NCBI GenBank assembly: GCA_041662295.1
Contig: JBAZSR010000003.1
Coordinates: forward strand, 13,470 to 57,726
Direction of reading: 5' to 3'
DNA length: 44,257 nt
Origin: Elusimicrobiota bacterium
Lineage (GTDB): Bacteria > Elusimicrobiota > Elusimicrobia > UBA1565 > UBA9628
Shown piece after piece: positions 5,843-17,123 of this stretch. Position 1 is the first letter of the stretch. Each line of letters starts with the position of its first letter. The notes under the pieces were generated by a model. It was given only the letters and a program-made list of their open reading frames with translations. It had not been told where the DNA came from and searched no databases. A program made the translations under genes and the position numbers.

Positions 5843-7350
5843 ACCAGGATAACGACAACGAGTTCTGGTCCAAAACAGGGGACAGCTTAAAGCCCAGGCT
5901 GAGCGAGGCTCAGTGGACGGCTCAGCGGGCCCGCATCATGGGCCGGCTGGCCCAGGGCTCAGGCGCTGGCCGGCTGGCGGCCTGGGTCGCTGCTGCTGCC
6001 CTCGCGTGCCTGGCCGGCCTGGGCATCCTCCTGCCCTGGGGGAAGTCCAAGCCCGCGCCCGAAGGCCAGACCGTGACCCAGGCTCCGGTCCAGATATCCT
6101 CAGCAGCTCCCGCGGCTGCGGCCGGCGCATGGGACAGCCGCATCACCATGACGCAGGGCACGGTGACGTTCTTCGTCCGCGGCAGCACCGAGGGCGTCCC
6201 CGCGGTCGAGGGCATGCCGCTCGAGGAGGGCGACCGGGTGCGGACCGGCGCAGACGGCCGGGCGGAGCTCGCGCTCTCGGCCGAGAGCATCATCGACCTC
6301 GGGCCCGTGTCCGCGATCACCCTCTCCGACCTCAGGCAGGACCAGACCCTCCTCGGTCTCGACGTGGGCACGCTCGTCGCCAAGCTCAGCTGGAAGCTTC
6401 TTCCGGGCAGGCAGCTCTCGGTCGTGACCCCGACCGCGGTCTGCGCGGTGCGCGGCACCGAGTTCGGCGTGGAGGTCCAGGAGGGCGGCGGGACCGCCAT
6501 CGGCGTCTTCGACGAGGGCAGGGTGGCGGTCCGGACCGCGGGGGATTCCGGCGTCGAAGAGACGATGCTCGAGCCCAGGCAGGAGGTCCGAGTGCCTGCC
6601 GGCGCTGTTCCCGAGACCGAAGCGCGGGACGGTCGTCGCTACCTCCGCGTAGGCGAGCTTTCCAGCCTCAAGCCCCAGCAGGAGCGGATGAATGTCGTGC
6701 GCGAGCGGCCGCAGGCCCTGGCCGGCGCGTGGAAGCCGATGGCTCTATCCGAGCGCGAGCAGGCCCGTGGCCGCGTCATGTCTGAGCACCAGGGCCGCAT
6801 GCAGGCCATGCCTCTTGAACAGCGGCGTTCCATGCAGGAGCGCGTGCGCCAGTCTCAGCCCGGCCAGGCCGGGCCTGGAGACCGCGGTCCTTCCCATGAC
6901 TCCGGGCAGAGGCGGCAGGATGGCGGCCGGAGCCAAGACCGCGGCCGGCCCGGGGAGGAAGGGGCGAGGAAGCCCGAGGAGCCTGGAGGGCCGGCTCAGG
7001 AGCGGGACATGCCTCCGGACAGCCGGCCCCGGCAGGCTGAACCAGGGCAGAGGCTCGTCCCTGAGTCAGGCCAGCGGCCCGGGACCGAGCCAGGCCAGGA
7101 TCGCGAACCCGGGGCCCAAGGGGATCGTTCACCCGGCGGCATGCAGGAACGGCAGGGACCTGAGCGCGGTCAGGCTCCAGGGGCCCGCCAGGGGCCAGAG
7201 CGCCAGCAAGGCGCCGGGCAGAGGCAGGGCCCTGAGCGCAGGCAAGGGCCGGACCGCAGGCCCGGCGGCAACATGCGTCCTCCGGGCGGCCAGCACCGGC
7301 CGCAGGGCGGGGGCCAGAGGCGTCCCGCGCCCGGCGGCCGTAGGCATTGA
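5839..7350 (+). CDS. FecR-domain anti-sigma factor: single TM, periplasmic FecR domain, long Gln/Gly/Pro/Arg low-complexity tail
   Basis: ATGA overlap with the sigma gene. TM is AAWVAAAALACLAGLGILL. FecR-like segments: GDRVRTGADGRAELALSAESIIDLGPVSAITL ... VVTPTAVCAVRGTEFGVEV. The last ~170 aa are repetitive (RQGPERxQG...). Confidence 0.8.
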   Translation: MNQDNDNEFWSKTGDSLKPRLSEAQWTAQRARIMGRLAQGSGAGRLAAWVAAAALACLAGLGILLPWGKSKPAPEGQTVTQAPVQISSAAPAAAAGAWDSRITMTQGTVTFFVRGSTEGVPAVEGMPLEEGDRVRTGADGRAELALSAESIIDLGPVSAITLSDLRQDQTLLGLDVGTLVAKLSWKLLPGRQLSVVTPTAVCAVRGTEFGVEVQEGGGTAIGVFDEGRVAVRTAGDSGVEETMLEPRQEVRVPAGAVPETEARDGRRYLRVGELSSLKPQQERMNVVRERPQALAGAWKPMALSEREQARGRVMSEHQGRMQAMPLEQRRSMQERVRQSQPGQAGPGDRGPSHDSGQRRQDGGRSQDRGRPGEEGARKPEEPGGPAQERDMPPDSRPRQAEPGQRLVPESGQRPGTEPGQDREPGAQGDRSPGGMQERQGPERGQAPGARQGPERQQGAGQRQGPERRQGPDRRPGGNMRPPGGQHRPQGGGQRRPAPGGRRH

Positions 7351-7386
7351 CGCGGGTTTGGGCTTCGGGTCAAGGCCGGCGCGGCG

Positions 7387-7728
7387 TCAGGCTTGGCCTG
7401 ATTCGAGCTTCTTGATGCGGCCTTCGTGGTCCGTGACCTGGACTTTCATCTCGGTCAGGGATTGGCCGTGGAGTGTCGTCGCCCTGTCGTAGTTCTGGGA
7501 CTTCCCCGCGAAGGAGTCGATGGCTCCGAGGATGCGGTTGATGTCTTCCTTTGTGGCAAGGCCGGCCAGGGTCTCTTTGACTTCGTAGAGATCGGACTGG
7601 GTCTTGACGATCTCCAGGGCGAGGCGGTGGACGGAGGTGTCTATCTTCTGGTCGAGTTCCGCCCGCAATGCGCGGAGGTCTCCCTTCGTGGCCGGCTGAT
7701 CCGCGTCAGCGTGGAGCATTGAGTCCAT
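7387..7728 (-). CDS. Small predicted coiled-coil protein, unknown function (paralogue A, 113 aa)
   Basis: Complete ORF with GGAGGAAT SD. N-terminal 15 aa and C-terminal ~60 aa are near-identical to ORF 8393..8713; the centre is divergent. Confidence 0.7.
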   Translation of the reverse strand: MDSMLHADADQPATKGDLRALRAELDQKIDTSVHRLALEIVKTQSDLYEVKETLAGLATKEDINRILGAIDSFAGKSQNYDRATTLHGQSLTEMKVQVTDHEGRIKKLESGQA

Positions 7729-7821
7729 TTTAGCAATTCCTCCGGAACAGGGTAAGAGTCGAAGGCCCTATGCGCTTGTGGGCCCCACTCTATATACGAG
7801 CGACGGCTGAAATAGTTCCCT
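7387..7821. repeat. Direct repeat copy A (435 nt: small-protein gene plus ~95 nt of its upstream region)
   Basis: Aligns end to end with 8393..8806. The flanks are almost identical; the central ~130 nt diverge and carry a 21-nt indel. Confidence 0.9.
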
Positions 7822-7834
7822 GTCTTGTCGTTCC

Positions 7835-8384
7835 ATGAACAGAAACGCCGTGGGGGGAGGCGGCCAGGATGCGGCTGTGGTGGGGGGGGTGGAGGACTAC
7901 GCGTTTGTAGCCGACGTGCCGGGCGCTGAGGCCAATGCCAAGGCGTGGTACGACTACCTTGCCGAGACGCGCGGCGTGCCCGCTGCCAGCATCAAGCTCC
8001 TGACAGGCGTTGATGCCACGCGCGACGAGATGCTCGATCGAGCGCTACAGCCCTCTTGTGGCCGTGACTATGGGAGGTCCCGCTGACCCGAGGATGGCGG
8101 TGCTGACAGCGGCCAAGGCCGACCAGTTCGCGGGCTCCCTGCCCGGGACCAAGAGGCCGGCGTTCAGCTACCTGGTGCTGGGAGGTCTGCGCGGCTGGGC
8201 GGCGGAGGGCAAGAAGGCCGCGCTGACAGCAGGCGACCTCTGGGAGCATCCTACGGGCTCCTTCCGGGTCTTACGCGGCGGGTCCTGGTGCCTCGACGTC
8301 GCCAGGCACTTCCGGGCCGCGTTCCGCATCTACAACGACCCGAGCTGCCGGGACGACGGTATCGGCTTCCGGCCCGCCCGCTGA
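7835..8384 (+). pseudogene. Decayed remnant of a caspase-like (C14) / FGE-sulfatase-modifying-factor domain gene
   Basis: Two frames are needed (ORFs 7835..8086 and 8010..8384). N-terminal piece: ...ADVPGAEANAKAWYDYLAETRGVPAASIKLLTGVDATRDEML (pre-catalytic-His part of caspase-type domains). Then ...PAFSYLVLGGLRGWAAEGKKAALTAGDL (post-Cys segment). It ends with RVLRGGSWCLDVARHFRAAFRIYNDPSCRDDGIGFRPAR (last ~40 aa of an FGE domain). The catalytic cores of both domains are missing. Confidence 0.6.
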
Positions 8385-8392
8385 AGGTAGAC

Positions 8393-8713
8393 TCAGGCTT
8401 GGCCTGATTCGAGCTTCTTGATGCGGACTTCGTGATCCGTGACCTGGACTTTCATCTCGGTCAAGGATTGGCCGTGGAGTGTCGCCGCCCTGTCGTAGTT
8501 CTGGGACTTCCCCGCGAAGGAGTCGATGGCTCCGAGGATGCGGTTGACGTCGTTCTTCGTGGCCATGGTATGCCGGATATCTTGGACGTCAGATTGAAGC
8601 TTGATGATCTCCGTGACAAGGCGGTGGACGGACGCATCCACCTTCTTGTCGAGCAGGTGGAGCTCTCCCTTCGTGGCCGGCTGATCCGCGTCAGCGTGGA
8701 GCATCGGGTCCAT
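8393..8713 (-). CDS. Small predicted coiled-coil protein, unknown function (paralogue B, 106 aa)
   Basis: Complete ORF; see paralogue A. Confidence 0.7.
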   Translation of the reverse strand: MDPMLHADADQPATKGELHLLDKKVDASVHRLVTEIIKLQSDVQDIRHTMATKNDVNRILGAIDSFAGKSQNYDRAATLHGQSLTEMKVQVTDHEVRIKKLESGQA

Positions 8714-8806
8714 TTTAGCAATTCCCCCCTAACAGCGTAAGAGTCCAAGGTCCCATCTGGTCGTGGGCCTCACTCTATATACGAGCGACGGCTGAAATAG
8801 TTCCCT
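8393..8806. repeat. Direct repeat copy B (414 nt)
   Basis: See 7387..7821. Confidence 0.9.
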
Positions 8807-8939
8807 CGACCGGCGGGGACGCGGCCGGGCTTGCGGCCATGTTTGCGTAAAATGTTAATATTACAGGCTCCGGAGCCGTGGAAGCGGCTTTTCCGGATGT
8901 ATCGCTTTGCCGTGAAAGCTGGAAACAACAGGAGATAAC

Positions 8940-11438
<2,499 letters not shown>

Positions 11439-11444
11439 GGTCGC

Positions 11445-12572
11445 ATGGCGGAGAAGGGCGCGCCGCAGGGACGCATCGTCCCCAGCCGGGGGGCTTCGGG
11501 GGGCATGAAGCCCGCCGACGTCCTCGTGGGCGCGGTCCTGCTCGCCGTGGCCTTGGCCTATCCGCTGGGGTTCGGGCTCGACTGGGGGTCGCGCCCCAAG
11601 GACTCCCTCTCCACCGCGGAGCCGGCCGCAAACGAGGCCCCACCCCTGCCCGCCGAGCCTGCCCCGGAGGCTGCGGCCTCGGAGGCGCTCCAGGCCCGGC
11701 CCGCGTCCTGGGCCCCGGACCCGGCCGCCGCGGCCTGGGAGAAGATGACCGAGGACCTCTTCCGCCTCGCCGCCTCCTACCGGGGCCGCGTGGCCATCGT
11801 TCTCAAGGACCTTCAGACCGGCAACGTCTGGCAGTACCACCAGGACGACCTCTTCCCGGCCGCGAGCCTCATCAAGGTCCCCGTGATGCTCTGCGTGTTC
11901 AACGGCATCAACGAGGGGAAGATCTCGCTGAGCGACCGCGTCGTCCTGAGGCGCAAGCACCGGACCGGCGGCTCGGGGTCCATCAAGTGGTTCCCCGACG
12001 GCACCAGGCTCTCCGTGCGCGAGCTCCTCTACCGGATGATCAACGAGTCCGACAACACCGCGACCGCGATGCTCCTCGACACGATCGGCCTCGACTACGT
12101 CCAGGCCCAGCTCCCGAAGTTCGGGCTCTTCTACACCGAGGTCAACGCCGAGGGCCTGAGCATCAAGAGCGGCAGGGTCCCTCGCGAGAACTATACCACC
12201 GCCCGCGAGATGTCCATGCTGATGGAGAGGATCTACCGCGGCGAGCTGGTCAGCCGCGCCTCGAGCGAGCTCATGATGGATATCCTCAAGCACCGGCGGG
12301 CGACGCGCTCGCGGCTGGCCAAGGGCCTGCCCCGAGGCTGGGAGCTGGCGCACAAGACGGGCCTGCTGCGGCAGGCCTGCCACGACGTGGCCGTCGTGCT
12401 CACCCCGTACGGTGACTACCAGCTGACCGTGCTGACCGGGCACAACCGGTCCTACGGCACGGCCAAGGACTTCATCTCCCGGCTGGGGAAGGTCACTTTC
12501 AAGTACTATGACGCCCGCGGCCACCTCGTGGCCGGGTCCCCCTCGCGGCGCGGGCCGCTGGTCGTCCGCTAG
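11445..12572 (+). CDS. Class A beta-lactamase-like serine hydrolase, membrane-anchored or secreted
   Basis: SxxK (ASLIK), SDN (ESDNTA) and KTG (HKTG) motifs in the canonical order and spacing, plus an N-terminal hydrophobic anchor. Start uncertain (ATG 11445 or ATG 11505). Confidence 0.75.
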   Translation: MAEKGAPQGRIVPSRGASGGMKPADVLVGAVLLAVALAYPLGFGLDWGSRPKDSLSTAEPAANEAPPLPAEPAPEAAASEALQARPASWAPDPAAAAWEKMTEDLFRLAASYRGRVAIVLKDLQTGNVWQYHQDDLFPAASLIKVPVMLCVFNGINEGKISLSDRVVLRRKHRTGGSGSIKWFPDGTRLSVRELLYRMINESDNTATAMLLDTIGLDYVQAQLPKFGLFYTEVNAEGLSIKSGRVPRENYTTAREMSMLMERIYRGELVSRASSELMMDILKHRRATRSRLAKGLPRGWELAHKTGLLRQACHDVAVVLTPYGDYQLTVLTGHNRSYGTAKDFISRLGKVTFKYYDARGHLVAGSPSRRGPLVVR

Positions 12573-13163
12573 GTGCCAGGTTTGGCCGAGACATCGCGGC
12601 TTCGCTCGAAACCTGGCGCCTGGGCCACAGCGGCCGCGGCGGTGCTGGCGGCGGTCCTTTTCTGGAGCCACCTGCCCCCCGCCTCCGCCGATGACGAGGA
12701 ACCGGTCGTCATCCAAAAATACCTAGCCCACCTCTATCTCAACGACAGCCTCGAGACCGTCAAGAGAATCTACCCTCCGACCCGGGAATGGCCGTCGTAC
12801 AGGGAACCAAAAGGGGGGGTCACTCGTATAAAGGTTCAGGGGGTTTCCGCGAAGAACTTCCCGGGAGAGGTGGATCTCCTGTGGGTCGGGATGAGGGACG
12901 ACCGCGTGGTGGAGATCCAACTCGTCTACGGGGCGGACTACACGGGAGAGACCTCGCCGGACAGCCTGGCCAGGGAGCTGGCGCTGATCTACGGGGAGTC
13001 GAAGATGTCGGAGACGGGAAAGTTCTATTGGAACGACGGGGAGCGGGTCCTGCGCGTCTTCTACGCGCAGGTGCCGGTGCTGCGGGGCAAGAGGAAGGTG
13101 ACGGAGATGCGCACCTCCCTGCAGCTGATGGCCGCGGACCTGGTCCGGCGCAAAGGGGAGTAA
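12573..13163 (+). CDS. Hypothetical secreted protein
   Basis: GTG start immediately after the preceding stop. Signal-like [24 protein letters not shown]. No recognisable family. Confidence 0.55.
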   Translation: MPGLAETSRLRSKPGAWATAAAAVLAAVLFWSHLPPASADDEEPVVIQKYLAHLYLNDSLETVKRIYPPTREWPSYREPKGGVTRIKVQGVSAKNFPGEVDLLWVGMRDDRVVEIQLVYGADYTGETSPDSLARELALIYGESKMSETGKFYWNDGERVLRVFYAQVPVLRGKRKVTEMRTSLQLMAADLVRRKGE

Positions 13164-13249
13164 GAGAAGGAATATTTGATAAAATGACGGGGAGAGCTCC
13201 GAACGGCGTCCTTCGGAGATCCTTCCCGAGAATCTTCGAAGGAGGAAGC

Positions 13250-14354
<1,105 letters not shown>

Positions 14355-14374
<20 letters not shown>

Positions 14375-15251
14375 CCTCCTTTCGGACTACCTGAAGTCCC
14401 TCTCGCTGGAGAGGGGGTTGTCCCGCAACACGGTCGCGGGATACGCCTCGGACCTGCGCCAGTGGCTCGCCTTCCTCGCGAAGGCGGGTCGGGACCCCTT
14501 GGCCGCGAGCCAAGACGACGTCTCGGACTTCCTCTGGAAGCTCAAGACCAAGGGGCTCTCTGCGGCCTCGCTCTTCCGCAAGACCGAGTCCCTGCGCTCC
14601 TTCTACGCGTTCCAGGCCGCGGAGGGCCGCGTGGCGGCCAGCCCCTTGGCCGTCATGCGCTCGCCCAAGCTCCCGGAGCGGCTTCCCGAGTGCCTGAGCG
14701 AGGCCGAGGTCGAGTCCTTGTTCCGGGTCCCGGTCTCCGACGACTTCGCTTCGGCCCGCACCCGGGCCATGCTCGAGCTCCTCTACGCCACGGGAATGAG
14801 GGTGACGGAGCTGGTCTCCCTCAAGGGCGAGTACCTCAACCTCCAGGACGGCTGGGTGCGCGTGCTGGGCAAGGGCGCCAAGGAGCGCCTCGTGCCCGTG
14901 CACGACCGGGCCAGGAAGACGCTCTCCTCCTACCTCGCCCTGCGCGAGAAGCGCTTCGCAGGCAAATCCCCGGCAGCCGAGATCTTCGTGGGCCGGACCG
15001 GCAGGAAGCTCTCGCGCGTCCAGTTCTGGAGGGACCTTTCGGCCCTGGGCCGCAAGGCGGGCATCAAGGCCCCCCTGCACCCGCACGCGCTGCGCCACAG
15101 CTTCGCGACCCACCTGCTGGCCCATGGCGCGGACCTGCGCGCCGTGCAGGAGCTTCTCGGACACTCCAGCCTCTCCACGACGCAGATCTACACGCACGTG
15201 GAGCGCTCGGCCTTGAAGAAGGCGCACGAGAAGGCCCACCCCAGGGGCTGA
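14355..15251 (+). CDS. xerD: Tyrosine site-specific recombinase XerD-like
   Basis: [24 protein letters not shown]-domain; catalytic R...KGAKERLVP...[12 protein letters not shown]...[15 protein letters not shown]. There is no ATG after recA, so the in-frame TTG 14355 is proposed. This overlaps the recA 3' end by 20 nt; the start is uncertain. Confidence 0.75.
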
Positions 15252-15275
15252 CTGCGGCTGTGGGATTGTTACGGC

Positions 15276-15304
15276 TTGGAATCCTGATGGCAAAGTCTTA
15301 AAAT
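15276..15304 (+). promoter_or_regulatory. Putative sigma70 promoter of the OmpA-family gene
   Basis: TTGGAA - 17 nt - TAAAAT, 43 nt upstream of ATG 15347. Confidence 0.35.
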
Positions 15305-15346
15305 GCCGCTGTGGTCCTGTTCCAACACGGACCCTGGAGGCTTCAC

Positions 15347-16534
15347 ATGAGATCTTTTCTGGTCGCAGCGGTCCTTCTCCTCTCCGCGTCCTCGGCCCGC
15401 GCCGAGGACCTGGCGGGAAGGTTCGGGGTGGGAGGCACGGTGGGAGGCGGCATCTCCATGGGCAGCACGTGGGTCAGGGACAACTCGACCTTCGCTCCCC
15501 TCTACGGAGGCTCGCTCCGCTACGGCATCTGCGAGCACCTGAGCGCCGGGCTCTCGCTGGATTACGTCAGCTTCAACGACAAGCACATCACGGCCATGCC
15601 GATCCTCGCCAACGCCTTCTACAACCTGGCCCCGGGCTCGAGCTGGAACCCGAACGTGCACGCCGGTCTGGGCCTTGCCCGTCTGGGCAACATCGAGCCG
15701 GGAACGAAGGACCACGAGGTCTTCTCCCTCAGGTACGGCGTGGGCATGGACAAGTTCATCCATGAGAACATCTCGGTCGGCGCGTACATGGACCACCTGT
15801 GGGCCGACAAAGGCGGGGTCAGCATGCACGACCTCTCGACCCTGAACATGGGCGGCAACATCCAGTACTGGTTCGGCGGCAAGCGGGAGCCCGCCCCGCC
15901 GCCGCCGCCCAAGGACTCTGACAAGGACGGGGTCTACGACGACTCCGACAAGTGCCCCGGCACACCGCAGGGCTCGCCGGTGGACAAGGACGGCTGCCCG
16001 CTCGACGCGGACAAGGACGGCGTCTACGACCATCTCGACAAGTGCCCCACGACCCCGCAGGGCATGACGGTCAATGCGGCGGGCTGTCACGACTCGGACA
16101 AGGACGGGGTCTATGACGACTCTGACAAGTGCCCGGAAACGCCTCTGGGCAAGAAGGTCGACCCTGTGGGCTGCCCGATCAAGGAGAAGGTGTCCATCGA
16201 GCTCCTCATCAAGTTCGACACCGCCAAGTCCATCGTGAAGCCCGAGTACGATCCCGAGCTCCAGCGCGTGGCCGACTTCCTCAAGGCGCATCCGGACGCC
16301 ACGGCCGAGATCGAGGGCCACACGGACAGCATGGGCAACCACGACTACAACATGAACCTGTCGCAGGAGCGCGCCGGCGCGGTGCGCCAGGCCCTGCTCG
16401 ACCGGTTCGGCGTCGCGGCGGACAGGCTGACCTCCAAGGGCTACGGGCCGGACAAGCCGGTCGCTGACAACGACACGCCGGAAAGCCGGGCCAAGAACCG
16501 CCGCGTCATGGCGACGTTCTCCTCGGTCGAATAA
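15347..16534 (+). CDS. Outer-membrane protein: N-terminal beta-barrel, thrombospondin type-3 Ca-binding repeats, C-terminal OmpA peptidoglycan-binding domain
   Basis: Signal peptide MRSFLVAAVLLLSASSARA|E. Three DKDGVYDxxDKCPxTPQG repeats. OmpA_C: ATAEIEGHTDSMGNHDYNMNLSQERAGAVRQAL...NRRV. Confidence 0.88.
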   Translation: MRSFLVAAVLLLSASSARAEDLAGRFGVGGTVGGGISMGSTWVRDNSTFAPLYGGSLRYGICEHLSAGLSLDYVSFNDKHITAMPILANAFYNLAPGSSWNPNVHAGLGLARLGNIEPGTKDHEVFSLRYGVGMDKFIHENISVGAYMDHLWADKGGVSMHDLSTLNMGGNIQYWFGGKREPAPPPPPKDSDKDGVYDDSDKCPGTPQGSPVDKDGCPLDADKDGVYDHLDKCPTTPQGMTVNAAGCHDSDKDGVYDDSDKCPETPLGKKVDPVGCPIKEKVSIELLIKFDTAKSIVKPEYDPELQRVADFLKAHPDATAEIEGHTDSMGNHDYNMNLSQERAGAVRQALLDRFGVAADRLTSKGYGPDKPVADNDTPESRAKNRRVMATFSSVE

Positions 16535-16556
16535 GTCCGTCGGACGGATCAAAGAG

Positions 16557-16585
16557 GCCCTCCCGCAAGGGAGGGCTTCTTCTTT
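16557..16585 (+). terminator. Rho-independent terminator
   Basis: GCCCTCCC-GCAA-GGGAGGGC followed by TTCTTCTTT, 23 nt after the stop. Confidence 0.75.
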
Positions 16586-16671
16586 CCCACCCGCAAGCCT
16601 GATAATAAGCGATAATGACGAGAACCCACCCACTTTCGTTCTGGCGGTCGAGCGGGATTCGAGGAGGCCTT

Positions 16672-17067
16672 TTGGCCAAGAAACTTTACGTAGGAGGACT
16701 GCCGTTCGATGTGACGGAGGACCAGCTGCACGGGATGTTCACGGCGTGCGGCGCGGTGACAAGCACCAAGCTCATCATGGATAAGTTCAGCGGCCAGTCC
16801 CGCGGGTTCGGCTTCGTGGAGATGACCAATGACGACGAGGCCCTCGCGGCCATCAAGAAGCTCCACGGCAGTCCGCTCGGCAACCGTACGCTCACTGTCA
16901 ACGAGGCCAAGCCCATGGAGCCCCGGGCTCCTGGCGGCGGGTTCGGCGGGGGCGGGGGCGGCGGCGGACGCGGCGGGTTCGGCGGTCGCGGTGGTCATGG
17001 CGGGCACGGCGGACATGGCGGCCGGGGCGGAGGCGGACACGGCGGCGGACGCGGCGGGCGCTTTTAA
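16672..17067 (+). CDS. RRM-type RNA-binding protein with Gly/Arg/His-rich tail
   Basis: RNP2 KLYVGGLPF, RNP1 SRGFGFVEM. Tail GGGFGGGGGGGGRGGFGGRGGHGGHGGHGGRGGGGHGGGRGGRF. TTG 16672 proposed as start (GAGGAGG 4 nt upstream); ORF track starts at 16615. Confidence 0.8.
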   Translation: MAKKLYVGGLPFDVTEDQLHGMFTACGAVTSTKLIMDKFSGQSRGFGFVEMTNDDEALAAIKKLHGSPLGNRTLTVNEAKPMEPRAPGGGFGGGGGGGGRGGFGGRGGHGGHGGHGGRGGGGHGGGRGGRF

Positions 17068-17088
17068 GTAGAACGGATCGTCAGAAAC

Positions 17089-17118
17089 GCGGGCCGGGCG
17101 CTTCGGCGCCCGGCCCGC
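17089..17118. terminator. Bidirectional GC hairpin between convergent genes
   Basis: GCGGGCCGGGCGC-TTCG-GCGCCCGGCCCGC (13-bp perfect stem, UUCG loop). Flanked by GAAAC / GCTGTTT. Confidence 0.6.
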
Positions 17119-17123
17119 GCTGT

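Noticed and set aside
7387-8806. Direct repeats flanking a gene remnant considered as a composite transposon or IS
   Set aside because: No transposase, no terminal inverted repeats and no target-site duplication are visible. Each repeat is simply a small gene plus its promoter.
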